The translations under genes were made by a program, and so were the position numbers. The notes under the pieces are model-generated. The model was not told where the DNA came from. It worked only from the letters and a program-made list of their open reading frames with translations, and ran no database searches. A stretch of 64,000 bases of DNA, taken from positions 1,269 to 65,268 of the forward strand of contig DIWU01000032.1 of NCBI GenBank assembly GCA_002428525.1, given 5' to 3'. Every line of letters begins with the position of its first letter. The first letter of the stretch is position 1. The DNA comes from a bacterium UBP14_UBA6098 (GTDB taxonomy: Bacteria; UBP14; UBA6098). Shown here in pieces: positions 19,903 through 29,478 of this stretch.

Positions 19903-20956
19903 AAAAACTACAATGAGACTTAAAATATCCTCATACTTGAGGAGAATAGCATCTAAAGAAAAAAATTCATTTTCGGAGAAGCTCGCACTTTTTGCACGAG
20001 CTATTTATTTGAAGCTAAAAAGTGTGTATAAAGCTATCATGCTGTCAATGTCGAAAAGTAACTCAAAAATGGTCTCAAGGCTTTACCTGAAGCAAAGAAG
20101 TTTCATGAGAGCCAAGCTTGAAGGGCGCTATTCTTTCGTCACAATCGACGAACTCGTTCTGTGGACGATGGATTGGATTAAAACCAACAAAATCGACCAC
20201 GACATTATTGTCGGAATACCGCGGAGCGGATTATTAGTCGCTAATATACTGGCATTAAAACTTGGGAAACCTTTATCTACGCCGGAGCTTTTCGTGCAAG
20301 GTTCCCTCTGGAATAGCAAGTATATTGAATTAACCGAAAACATTAAGAGTGTTCTATTGGTCGATGACACAGTTAGTTCGGGTAAAACTCTGGATGATAA
20401 TCTGCAAGTTATACTCCCCTATTGCGAAAAACGAGGAATTTCGATTACCAAAGCGGCTCTTATCGTTACCGACGAAGCGCTTTCTTCAGTGGATGCTTTC
20501 TATAAGATCCTTCCTCAACCGAGGCTATTCGAATGGAACTTGATGCACTCCAAAAAGGGGATTATTTGTTCGGATATGGACGGCGTTATATGTGAAAATT
20601 GTCCTCCCGGCGTGGATGCCGATGAAGACCGGTATCTCGAGTGGCTCGATAATGCAAAGCCATATATGATACCTGCTTTTGAAATCGATGTTATTGTTTC
20701 GGGGCGTCTGGAAAAGTATCGGGAGCAAACAGAACATTGGCTCAAAAAATATAAAGTCCGATATAAAGAGCTTTGCCTTTGGGATTTGGAATCCAAAGAA
20801 CTAAGATTAGGCAATTATGTTAAACATAAAATCGATGTAATCTTGAAGACAAAGCCGGATATGGTATTCGAAAGCGAGCATAACCAAGCTGAAGAGATAT
20901 GGAAAGCTACTCATGTCACTACAATATGCACTGACGATATGATTATCTTCTCATAA
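19889..20956 (+). CDS. fusion of an N-terminal type I phosphoribosyltransferase domain and a C-terminal HAD-like phosphatase domain
   Basis: The PRPP-binding motif is VLLVDDTVSSGKTL (PRTase). HAD motif I is SDMDGV, with a downstream S/T and Lys. The start is uncertain (19889 or 19913) and the tool ORF is over-extended. Confidence 0.6.
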   Translation: MAGNRKTTMRLKISSYLRRIASKEKNSFSEKLALFARAIYLKLKSVYKAIMLSMSKSNSKMVSRLYLKQRSFMRAKLEGRYSFVTIDELVLWTMDWIKTNKIDHDIIVGIPRSGLLVANILALKLGKPLSTPELFVQGSLWNSKYIELTENIKSVLLVDDTVSSGKTLDDNLQVILPYCEKRGISITKAALIVTDEALSSVDAFYKILPQPRLFEWNLMHSKKGIICSDMDGVICENCPPGVDADEDRYLEWLDNAKPYMIPAFEIDVIVSGRLEKYREQTEHWLKKYKVRYKELCLWDLESKELRLGNYVKHKIDVILKTKPDMVFESEHNQAEEIWKATHVTTICTDDMIIFS

Positions 20957-21171
20957 TACATTCAAAGAAGAGGATATATTGCAAATTCGTCTGACAAGCT
21001 TGATAATCCATGGGTTAATAATCGACAAAGAACACTTCGAGAAATAGAGTGAGTATTCTTTGAGAATCTTCAGAAACATAAATAAACTTGGCCAAAAACC
21101 CCATAATCAGCTTAAGTTCTGTAGATATCCATACGACATCTCTTCCATAATCAAAGAGGTGTATATTTGAT

Positions 21172-22293
21172 ATGAAGATACTCTTTACCACAGGAAGGAT
21201 ACATCAAATCGGAGGCGGTGCTGAAAGATCGGCGACGACTCTCATAAGAAAACTATCTGAAAAGCATCATGTATGTGTGTTCAATATAGTATTTGAACCA
21301 CAGCCTGAAAAGAATCCAGGGCTTATAGGAAGCAACATCGAGATAATCGACTGGAATTTCCCCATAAAGACAAAGAAAACTCTTAGAATGCCATATCACG
21401 CCAGATTACTCTCCTGCGATATTCAAGCACAGAGGGAACTTAACAAGATAGCGAGAAACTTCCAGCCGGAAATTGTAATAGCTCAGAAACCTCCTGTGGT
21501 ATATGAAGATCCTATTCCGAGCAATAAAGCACCAATCATCACATTTGTTAGAGATACGGAGTATTTAGACCCATTCAACATAGAACATAAGTGTTTTATT
21601 CATTACAACACCCTATTTATGAAATTAAGGCAAAAAAGGATGCTAAAATTATTGAAAAAAAGTAACTTGCTTATTGTCGCAAGTGATTTTATGCGGGAGA
21701 AGCTCAATGGATTCGGCTTGTCCGCTGAGGTCGTTCCACCCTTTATTGAATTTGAAAAATATGCCTCTAACCCTGCGGGTGATAGAGATTCCATTACAAT
21801 GATAGCCGCAAATCTTGCAAAACATAAAGGGGTAGATATCTTTTTGCGTATTGCTGAGAAGTGTCCCGATTTGAAGTTTCTGTTGGTAGGGCGTTTGCCA
21901 GAAGAGCATGGAGATTTGCCTTCCAATGTTGTCCATTTGAGATGGACAGACGATATCAAGTCGATACTTGCGAAAACGATGCTTCTTCTTGTTCCGTCCC
22001 GCTGGGAAGAACCTTTTGGTAGATTGCCGGTAGAGGCGGGAGTTAACGGCATTCCCTCTATTGCAAGCAACAGAGGAGGGCTGGTCGAAGCCGTTGGAGA
22101 AGGAGGTATATTGATTCAAAATTACGAGGATATCGACCTTTGGGTTGAGGCAATTACAAGTGTTCTCAATAATTCTGCTATATATAACTCTCTGTCAAAA
22201 AACGCTATAGAGAATGCTAATCGTTTTGAATTTTGCTATTCTTATGCTAAATTTACATCTTTGGTAAAAGAGTATTTTGGGATTGAGCTGTGA
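21172..22293 (+). CDS. GT4-family glycosyltransferase (GT-B, retaining)
   Basis: The EX7E motif is EPFGRLPVEAGVNGIPSIAS. The gene is AT-rich. Confidence 0.8.
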   Translation: MKILFTTGRIHQIGGGAERSATTLIRKLSEKHHVCVFNIVFEPQPEKNPGLIGSNIEIIDWNFPIKTKKTLRMPYHARLLSCDIQAQRELNKIARNFQPEIVIAQKPPVVYEDPIPSNKAPIITFVRDTEYLDPFNIEHKCFIHYNTLFMKLRQKRMLKLLKKSNLLIVASDFMREKLNGFGLSAEVVPPFIEFEKYASNPAGDRDSITMIAANLAKHKGVDIFLRIAEKCPDLKFLLVGRLPEEHGDLPSNVVHLRWTDDIKSILAKTMLLLVPSRWEEPFGRLPVEAGVNGIPSIASNRGGLVEAVGEGGILIQNYEDIDLWVEAITSVLNNSAIYNSLSKNAIENANRFEFCYSYAKFTSLVKEYFGIEL

Positions 22294-22384
22294 AATCGGC
22301 CGCAGTTTATTCCCTTTGGTTTTTGTCGTTTATTAAGTCCATTAAAACAGTAATGAATACATCTTGTATTTCAAGGCGGAGTTC

Positions 22385-23494
22385 ATGAGAATAGCAATCG
22401 ACATTTCTACATTGTGTAGATCGCGGACTGGCGTAGCACTATTCACATATTATACATTGCGTGAGCTTACACTTATTGATAATTCCAATACGTACTTTCT
22501 CTATGTTAATAAGGCCGTTTCCCTCGATTTCCCTCTGCCGCCGAACTTCTTCATCCGCCCGACGCAGATCCCCTTGCCGCAGTTCCAGCTGTGGTTTCAC
22601 ATCGGCCTGCCGATGTTTTTGCGAAGTGATAAAATCGACATCTTCCACGGGACGAATTTCCTCATCCCGCCTTTCCCCGGGTGCAAGACGGTCTCGACGG
22701 TTCACGACCTTTCGAGCCTTGTTATGCCATCACAACATAAGACTTTTCATCGAATCTCTCACGGCCTTTTCCTCAAAAACTCTATGCGCAGAGCGGATGC
22801 GATTATCGCAGTCAGCGAGTTCACGCGGAGCGAGATTTCCCGCCTCTTTCCCGAAATGTCTGATAAGACTGTCGTTATTCACGAGGCAGTATCGCCGGAA
22901 TTTCGGGCAATAGAAGATGTCGCCCTATTGCGCAATATCAGCGAAAAACACGGCCTCCCCGAACGCTTCATTCTCTTCGTCGGCACGCTGGAGCCGAGGA
23001 AAAACATCGAGGGCCTCATGCGAGCGTTCGCTGGAATCAAGGGCCAAATTCCCCATAAACTCGTTATCGTCGGCGGAAGGGGTTGGAAGTTCTCCGGAAT
23101 ATTCGATCTGGTGAAAAGGCTCGATATCGAGGATGATATAATTTTCACCGATTATGTCCTCGCAGGGGATCTCCCGGTGATATACAACCTCGCTGATATT
23201 TTCTGCTATCCATCTTTTTACGAGGGCTTCGGACTGCCGGTGCTCGAGGCGATGGCCTGTGGAACTCCGGTGTTGACCTCTAATGTCAGCTCCTTGCCGG
23301 AGGTCGCCGGGAATGCGGCCCTACTATTCGACCCCCGTTCACCGGAGGATATCGCGGAGAGGATAATTCAGCTGGCCAATAACGAGACCCTCCGCGCGGA
23401 GCTTTCCAAAGCGGGCCTTCGACGCGCGTCCGAATTCTCTTGGGCGGATACCGCGAAAAAAACACTCGAGACCTACCGCCGCGCCCTCGAATAA
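22385..23494 (+). CDS. GT4-family glycosyltransferase
   Basis: EGFGLPVLEAMACGTPVLTS is present. The start is ATG 22385 after AAGGCGGAG. The first ~40 codons are AT-rich and the rest is GC-rich. Confidence 0.8.
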   Translation: MRIAIDISTLCRSRTGVALFTYYTLRELTLIDNSNTYFLYVNKAVSLDFPLPPNFFIRPTQIPLPQFQLWFHIGLPMFLRSDKIDIFHGTNFLIPPFPGCKTVSTVHDLSSLVMPSQHKTFHRISHGLFLKNSMRRADAIIAVSEFTRSEISRLFPEMSDKTVVIHEAVSPEFRAIEDVALLRNISEKHGLPERFILFVGTLEPRKNIEGLMRAFAGIKGQIPHKLVIVGGRGWKFSGIFDLVKRLDIEDDIIFTDYVLAGDLPVIYNLADIFCYPSFYEGFGLPVLEAMACGTPVLTSNVSSLPEVAGNAALLFDPRSPEDIAERIIQLANNETLRAELSKAGLRRASEFSWADTAKKTLETYRRALE

Positions 23495-23576
23495 AGACCC
23501 TCTTTTCCCACTTGTTAATAAAGCCGAATTTTATATATTACTATAGAAACTTTCTATCGAGCTATTTGGAGGAACG

Positions 23577-24587
23577 ATGAAAAAAGCCCTTATAACCGGC
23601 ATTACCGGACAGGACGGCTCCTATCTCGCCGATTTTCTTCTCGAAAAGAGATACAGCGTTTACGGCATGATCCGGCGTAATTCCACGGAAAACCTCGGGC
23701 GCATCGAGCATATTAGAGATAGAATACAGCTTGTTCAAGCGGATCTTCTCGACCAGATGTCGATAATGAAACTTATTCGCGAGATACAGCCCGACGAAAT
23801 ATATAATCTTGCGGCTCAGTCCTTCGTCCCGACATCGTGGAGCCAGCCGCTTTACACCGGAGAGGCTACCGCCCTCGGCGTCACGCGCATGCTCGAGGCT
23901 ATGCGTTATGAAAAAAGCGACAGCAAATTCTACCAAGCCTCGTCTTCCGAGATGTTCGGCAAGGTGCTCGAAATGCCCCAAAGCGAGAACACACCGTTCT
24001 ATCCGCGAAGCCCCTACGGCGTCGCCAAGGTTTACGGCCATTTTATTACTGTGAACTATCGCGAAAGCTACGACCTCTTCGCCGCTTCGGGGATTCTTTT
24101 CAACCACGAATCGCCGCGCCGCGGCAAGGAGTTCGTCACGCGCAAGATCACAAACGCGGCGGCAAGAATCAAGTTCGGCCTGCAGGATATTCTCGAGCTG
24201 GGAAACCTCGACGCCAAGCGCGACTGGGGTTTCGCCGGCGATTATGTCCGAATGATCTGGCTTATGCTCCAGCAGGACAGCCCCGACGATTATGTCATCG
24301 GAACCGGTGTCGCCCATTCGGTGCGCGAATTCGCCACACACGCCTTCGAGACCGCCGGCTTCGATATCGCGTGGGAAGGAACCGGTATCGACGAGGTCGG
24401 GTTCGACCGAAAGACCGGCAAGCCCTTGGTGAGGTTGTCCGAGGAGTTCTTCCGCCCGGCCGATGTCAATCACCTTTTGGCGAACCCCTCCAAGGCGAAG
24501 GCCAAACTCGGATGGGAACCGACGGTGAGCTTCGAGGAACTCGTTCGTAAGATGACCGAGGCCGACATCGAAAGCTATCGGAGGTAG
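23577..24587 (+). CDS. gmd: GDP-mannose 4,6-dehydratase
   Basis: [19 protein letters not shown] is present, together with the YGxxK catalytic region. Confidence 0.9.
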   Translation: MKKALITGITGQDGSYLADFLLEKRYSVYGMIRRNSTENLGRIEHIRDRIQLVQADLLDQMSIMKLIREIQPDEIYNLAAQSFVPTSWSQPLYTGEATALGVTRMLEAMRYEKSDSKFYQASSSEMFGKVLEMPQSENTPFYPRSPYGVAKVYGHFITVNYRESYDLFAASGILFNHESPRRGKEFVTRKITNAAARIKFGLQDILELGNLDAKRDWGFAGDYVRMIWLMLQQDSPDDYVIGTGVAHSVREFATHAFETAGFDIAWEGTGIDEVGFDRKTGKPLVRLSEEFFRPADVNHLLANPSKAKAKLGWEPTVSFEELVRKMTEADIESYRR

Positions 24588-24590
24588 GGT

Positions 24591-25538
24591 TTGCGTGTTT
24601 TTATAACAGGCATCGAGGGATTCGTCGGCCGACACCTTGTCATGGAGTTGGTCAAAGCCGGCCACGAGGTTTCGGGTTTATACTTCGACAAGATGGATCT
24701 CGATGAAATCGAAGCTTTGGCTGAGAGGCTTTATCGCGGCGATCTTCGCGATAGTGTTTCGTTGAACCAAATCCTCGATTCCGCCCGACCCGATGCGATC
24801 GTCCACCTCGCGGCGATCAGCTTCGTCCCGGCCGCGTCGAGCGATCCGCGAACCGCTTGGGATATCAACCTTGGCGGGACTTTAAACATACTGGAGTGGA
24901 TCAGGGTGGCAAAGCCCGATACACACCTGCTTTTCGTCTCAACCTCCGAGGTTTACGGCCGTTCGGATGGCGGCGACTTGCCCTTCACCGAGGAAACCCC
25001 GCTCAGGCCGGCGAATATGTATTCCGCAACCAAGGCCTCCGCGGATATGGCCGCGGATCAGTATCGAAGCCTCTTCAGTTTGCGAATCGCAACCCTGCGC
25101 CCGGCCAATCATATCGGCCCCGGCCAGTCGGAGAATTTCGTTGTATCGAGTTTTGCCAGACAGGTCGCGGAGGCCGCCTTGGGACTCGGCGATGGAGTTA
25201 TTCGCGTCGGCAACCTCTCCGCGATGCGCGATTTTCTCGATGTCCGCGATGTCGTTCGGGCATATAGGCTCGTTCTCGAACAGCAAATCACCGGCATCTT
25301 CAACCTCGGCTCCGGCAAAGCGGAGCGAATCTCAGATATTTTGGATAGCTTGGTCGAGATCGCCGGTGCGAGGATCTCGGTCGTGGTCGATAAAGAAAGG
25401 CTTCGTCCCGTCGATGTCCCGATTATCTTCATCAGCCGTGAAAAACTTTCGGCCGAATCGGGCTGGACTCCCGAGATTCCGCTGATAAAAACCCTCGAGG
25501 ATACTCTCAAATGCTGGAAAGACAAGCTCCGCAAATAA
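24591..25538 (+). CDS. rmd: GDP-4-dehydro-6-deoxy-D-mannose reductase (GDP-D-rhamnose forming), Rmd-like SDR
   Basis: It has GxxGxxG, and VHLAA...NLGGTLN and RPANHIGPGQSENFVVSSFARQ...RDFLDVRDV closely resemble Pseudomonas Rmd. It sits directly downstream of gmd. Confidence 0.8.
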   Translation: MRVFITGIEGFVGRHLVMELVKAGHEVSGLYFDKMDLDEIEALAERLYRGDLRDSVSLNQILDSARPDAIVHLAAISFVPAASSDPRTAWDINLGGTLNILEWIRVAKPDTHLLFVSTSEVYGRSDGGDLPFTEETPLRPANMYSATKASADMAADQYRSLFSLRIATLRPANHIGPGQSENFVVSSFARQVAEAALGLGDGVIRVGNLSAMRDFLDVRDVVRAYRLVLEQQITGIFNLGSGKAERISDILDSLVEIAGARISVVVDKERLRPVDVPIIFISREKLSAESGWTPEIPLIKTLEDTLKCWKDKLRK

Positions 25539-26701
25539 TTACCGCTCGCGGAACAAAACCGAGAGTCGCGATAGTTCACGATTTTCTCAACCAATCCGGC
25601 GGAGCCGAGGAGGTGCTCCGCGAGATTAAGGGCCTTTTCCCCGAAGCGCCGATTTTCACCCTCGCTTACGACAAGAAGCGCGTCCCGTCGGACTTCAACG
25701 AATGGAAGATCGAACCTTTGGGCTGGTCGAAGCGGCTTCCTAAAATGCACAAATGGTATAAGTATTACATGCCGCTTTACCCCACGATGATCGAGCAGAT
25801 GAACCTTCAGGACTTCGACCTCGTGATCTCGAGTAGCTATCTCGTCGCCCATGGCGTTCTGACGCGAAGCGAGACGGCTCATCTGTCCTATTGCTACACT
25901 CCAATGCGTCAGGCATGGGAGCTGTATTTCGACTACAAACATGATTACACGAAAACCGGCTTCAAACCGAAACGCGACCTATTCAAATTCTTCTATCCGA
26001 TTGTCTTCAACTATGTTCGAATGTGGGACCGCCTCGCCTCCGAAAGGGTTGATTTTTATTCATGCATCTCGGAAACGACAAGGCGAAGGATCGATAAATT
26101 CTACTCGAGAACCGCGGATATTATCTATCCGCCTGTTCACACAGGCAAGTTCAAAGTCAGGCCGAAGAATGAAATTGGCGAATTTTACCTTTGTCTTTCG
26201 CGTCTCGTGCCTTATAAGCGGATCGATATTGCGGTCGAGGCCTTCAGGAAACTCGATCTTCCGCTGATAATCGCGGGTGATGGCGTTCAAATCAACTATT
26301 TGAAGAAGATTGCCGGCCCGAAAACCAAGTTCTTGGGATGGATCGACGAGGCAGAGAAAATCGAGCTTTTAGAAAGTTGCAGGGCCTTAGTTTTCCCCGG
26401 TGTCGAGGATTTCGGGATCGTTCCGGTCGAGGCTCAGGCCGCCGGTCGGCCGGTAATCGCGCTCGGCGAGGGCGGCGCGACCGAAACTGTTATTCCCGAA
26501 CAGACCGGTGTTTTCTTCGAACACCAGTCGGCCGAGTCTTTGCTCGATGCTGTCGAGAGGTTTCAAAGGCTCGACTTCGATCCGGCGATCATCGCAAACT
26601 CGGCTAAGCGTTTCGATACCGCGGTATTCCGCGAAAATTTCAAGCTGTGGGTGGAAAAGAGATTCTCGGAATTCTCAAGAAAAATTCAGGAGGGGAAATG
26701 A
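25511..26701 (+). CDS. GT4-family glycosyltransferase (WbpX/Y/Z-like, possible D-rhamnosyltransferase)
   Basis: It has VAIVHDFL near the N-terminus and VEDFGIVPVEAQAAGRPVIA (EX7E). It lies downstream of gmd-rmd. Confidence 0.7.
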   Translation: MLERQAPQIITARGTKPRVAIVHDFLNQSGGAEEVLREIKGLFPEAPIFTLAYDKKRVPSDFNEWKIEPLGWSKRLPKMHKWYKYYMPLYPTMIEQMNLQDFDLVISSSYLVAHGVLTRSETAHLSYCYTPMRQAWELYFDYKHDYTKTGFKPKRDLFKFFYPIVFNYVRMWDRLASERVDFYSCISETTRRRIDKFYSRTADIIYPPVHTGKFKVRPKNEIGEFYLCLSRLVPYKRIDIAVEAFRKLDLPLIIAGDGVQINYLKKIAGPKTKFLGWIDEAEKIELLESCRALVFPGVEDFGIVPVEAQAAGRPVIALGEGGATETVIPEQTGVFFEHQSAESLLDAVERFQRLDFDPAIIANSAKRFDTAVFRENFKLWVEKRFSEFSRKIQEGK

Positions 26702-29478
26702 AACAAACAGCCATCTTTTTATGCGCAATTTGTATTCTTTTTGCGGAGACATCGCCCGCATCTTTTTCGGGCTTCGAGCCGGAGGCCTCGCCCTTCGATT
26801 CGACGATAACCCCGACATTCTTTTCACTTGTCGCGCTCTCCGATTGGATTCCGGACGGCGGTGCGCAGGTAGTTATTCTGTTTCCGAAAACACCTATCGG
26901 TTACGGCATCGATCCGGGCTGGTCGGGGTCGGCGCGACCGAACATTTTCTGCGAGAGCACTGTCGATATGCCGTTCTTGCAGGATCCGATGACCGGCCTT
27001 CCGATCGAAACTATCGCGAGTTCGGCCTCGATGGGCCTCGCATTGCTTCGGGCCTCTGGAAGCGGCTATTTCAGTATTTCGGCTAAGGACAATCTCGGCC
27101 TTATAAAACCATCGATGCCGCTTCTATTCGAGGTGATCCCATCCGGCACCTCCGCGATCGAATGGCAAATACACGGGCCGAGCCGGATGAATTACCCCGG
27201 CGATTTCTCGATTCATTGGGCCGTCGCGGCGGATTTCGAGGGCAGACCGGTTCCCTCGGCCTTTCCGGGCCTTGTCAGCAGTGTAGTCCGCGTCAGGATC
27301 GCCGGTGAAAGCAGGCCGGACTCGAGCGCCCGCGTCGCTAACGCCTTCGACAGAACACCTGTTTTCGAGGCAAGCCTCACAGGCTTCTACGGCATCTTCC
27401 CGTTTATCATCACAAACGACCAGCCGGAGACAGTCACTGTGGTGGCGGAGGACCTCGCCGGAACATTAGCCGGTAGCGATACCTTCGAGGTAGTCTTCTT
27501 GCCGGGGGACGATCCCGCCAACCTGCTGATCTTCCCCGCCAACGGCATCCGAGTAGCCCGGAATACTAACGCCGGCCTCGTTGCGATGGCCTTTTCGAAC
27601 GGCTTTCCCGATCCGGTGAACTACTCGACGCGCGTCCGGATCAGCTCTGTCGATCTTTCGGGCGCTCCGAGCGTCTCGATCACGCCCTCGGGATGGCAAA
27701 CCCTGATCGGCGGGGTCGCAGGCTTCACATTCAGGGACACCGAGGCCGACACAAACTGGGTCTTTTTCCGCGCTGATATCGATTCCACGCCGCTCCTATT
27801 CGCCCCGATCAAAACACCGATTCAGGTCGTTCCCGAAGAAACAGCGATCAAGCTCGATATCGAATGCCCGAGCGTTGGCTTTCCCTTGGACTCGATCCCG
27901 CTAATAGTCTCGGCCCTGAACTCGCGCGGCGAGATTGACAACGATTGCGCGGGCTGGTTTATCCTCGACCTCCAATGCGAAGGGCCCGGAGCAATTTCGA
28001 TAATCGATTCGCTCAGCGGTGAGGTTTTTTCGCCCTCGGAACTCGCCTCGCGAGGGATCCAGCTCAATGCAGGTCGGCGGGTTTTCACTATTTACGAAGA
28101 CTCGGGGGCAACCATCGAGATTCAGCTCTCAGCCTCGGATGCCGAAATCGTCGGGCTTTTCGACAACGGCATGCTTCTTCCCGGCGCTACTGAAAACCTC
28201 TCCATCGGGATGCCGGACACCGGCGCTGTGGCCTACTCCTTCGTCACACCTTCAGAGGAGTATTTCCGCACGGGCGAGGAATTGATCATCACCGTCACCG
28301 CGCGAACCGGCATGACCTCGCTAATCGACCGTAGCTATTACGGAAGCGCGTCGATATCGGTCACCGGCGGCGCCTTCACCGTTCCCTCAGACGGCATCAT
28401 CGATTTTCACGGCGGAATCGCGACCTTCGCGCTGATCGACACAGTCTCCGAGGCGGTCGATATCGAGGTTAGCGGCCCGCTTTTCCCCGACACGCTAAGG
28501 GTTCGCTTCGTCCGCACCGGGGTTATGGCCTATTCGCAGGATTACAACTGGATTCCCCTCGGTGCGCAGAGAAATATGCGCATGGCGATTTTCAACGAGA
28601 CCTTCATCGCCACCGAATTCTGCGGCCCCGCCACGATCTCGGCCATCGAGCCGGATGGCGATGCGAGCGCGGTATTTCCAACCACCGTCGATTTCGTCTC
28701 GGGGATCGGGTTTTTCCCGCTTTCGAACTCCGATGCCGAGATAGTGACAGTCTTTGTCGATGGCGGCCCCGATGTCGGTTCCACGAGTTTTATCCTCGAA
28801 AGCCGTGCGCGGGTGAATTTCTCTTTGCCCCCGGTCACTCAGGTCGCCGCGGCCTTAGATACAATCCTCTTCGAGCTGACCGATTTTTACGGCGCGCATT
28901 ACTCCGCCGATTGCACAATCACAATCGATATCTCGGAGCAATTCGAAAACACCTCCGTTTCTTACGAAAACACGCTTGTCTTCGAGGATGGCAGTGCGGT
29001 TTTCACTCTCGAAAACTCCGAACCCGAATCGATATGGCTTCATGTTAGAATCCCCGAAGGACAGCTTCTCTATATGGATTCCGAGGAAATAGCCGATTGG
29101 GAATACTATATCGGCGCCCTCGATTATGTCGTCTGCGATATCGAGGAGACCGATCTTCCGCGAACGATCTCGCTCAGCGCTCATCCGAACCCATTCAACT
29201 CCGCGGTCAAGATCGTTCTCGATTCACCAAGCGGCCTCGATGCCTCGAGCTTGGAGATGGAAATCTTCGATATCGCGGGGCGGATCGTCGCCCGCACGGG
29301 CACCGAAGACCCGGTTGGCAACCCCTCAAACGAATTAAGCCGGAATACAAAGAGCGCTTCGACGGCTCATGAGTTCATATGGCACCCCGGAGAGTCCCAC
29401 GGTTCGGGCGTTTATTTCGTTCGAGTATCCTTACCGACTGGCGTTCCGATGACTATTAAGGCGGTTTATTTGAAATGA
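26698..29478 (+). CDS. large secreted protein (927 aa) with T9SS type-A C-terminal sorting domain, function unknown
   Basis: The signal peptide is MKQTAIFLCAICILFA. The C-terminus reads HPNPFNSAVKIVL...EIFDIAGRIV...SGVYFVRV...KAVYLK. The start overlaps the GT4 stop (ATGA). Confidence 0.6.
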   Translation: MKQTAIFLCAICILFAETSPASFSGFEPEASPFDSTITPTFFSLVALSDWIPDGGAQVVILFPKTPIGYGIDPGWSGSARPNIFCESTVDMPFLQDPMTGLPIETIASSASMGLALLRASGSGYFSISAKDNLGLIKPSMPLLFEVIPSGTSAIEWQIHGPSRMNYPGDFSIHWAVAADFEGRPVPSAFPGLVSSVVRVRIAGESRPDSSARVANAFDRTPVFEASLTGFYGIFPFIITNDQPETVTVVAEDLAGTLAGSDTFEVVFLPGDDPANLLIFPANGIRVARNTNAGLVAMAFSNGFPDPVNYSTRVRISSVDLSGAPSVSITPSGWQTLIGGVAGFTFRDTEADTNWVFFRADIDSTPLLFAPIKTPIQVVPEETAIKLDIECPSVGFPLDSIPLIVSALNSRGEIDNDCAGWFILDLQCEGPGAISIIDSLSGEVFSPSELASRGIQLNAGRRVFTIYEDSGATIEIQLSASDAEIVGLFDNGMLLPGATENLSIGMPDTGAVAYSFVTPSEEYFRTGEELIITVTARTGMTSLIDRSYYGSASISVTGGAFTVPSDGIIDFHGGIATFALIDTVSEAVDIEVSGPLFPDTLRVRFVRTGVMAYSQDYNWIPLGAQRNMRMAIFNETFIATEFCGPATISAIEPDGDASAVFPTTVDFVSGIGFFPLSNSDAEIVTVFVDGGPDVGSTSFILESRARVNFSLPPVTQVAAALDTILFELTDFYGAHYSADCTITIDISEQFENTSVSYENTLVFEDGSAVFTLENSEPESIWLHVRIPEGQLLYMDSEEIADWEYYIGALDYVVCDIEETDLPRTISLSAHPNPFNSAVKIVLDSPSGLDASSLEMEIFDIAGRIVARTGTEDPVGNPSNELSRNTKSASTAHEFIWHPGESHGSGVYFVRVSLPTGVPMTIKAVYLK

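Larger units (their letters stand above)
17700..22500. other. low-GC island (about 38-40% vs about 57%) inside the glycan locus
   Basis: The composition shifts abruptly at the start of flippase 2. It returns to high GC about 120 nt into the GT4 gene at 22385. The island contains flippase 2, an MTase, a PRTase-HAD and a GT4. Confidence 0.6.

Noticed and set aside
17700-22500. Calling the low-GC island a mobile element or prophage
   Set aside because: There is no integrase, transposase, tRNA attachment site or direct repeats. The content is purely glycan biosynthesis, so it is better explained as cassette exchange by homologous recombination.
26647-26697. Upstream extensions of the T9SS protein (and similarly ade at 46491, cmk at 35435, the esterase at 55625)
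   Set aside because: Internal starts give proper signal peptides or conserved N-termini and Shine-Dalgarno sites. The cmk tool start is the promoter -35 box itself.
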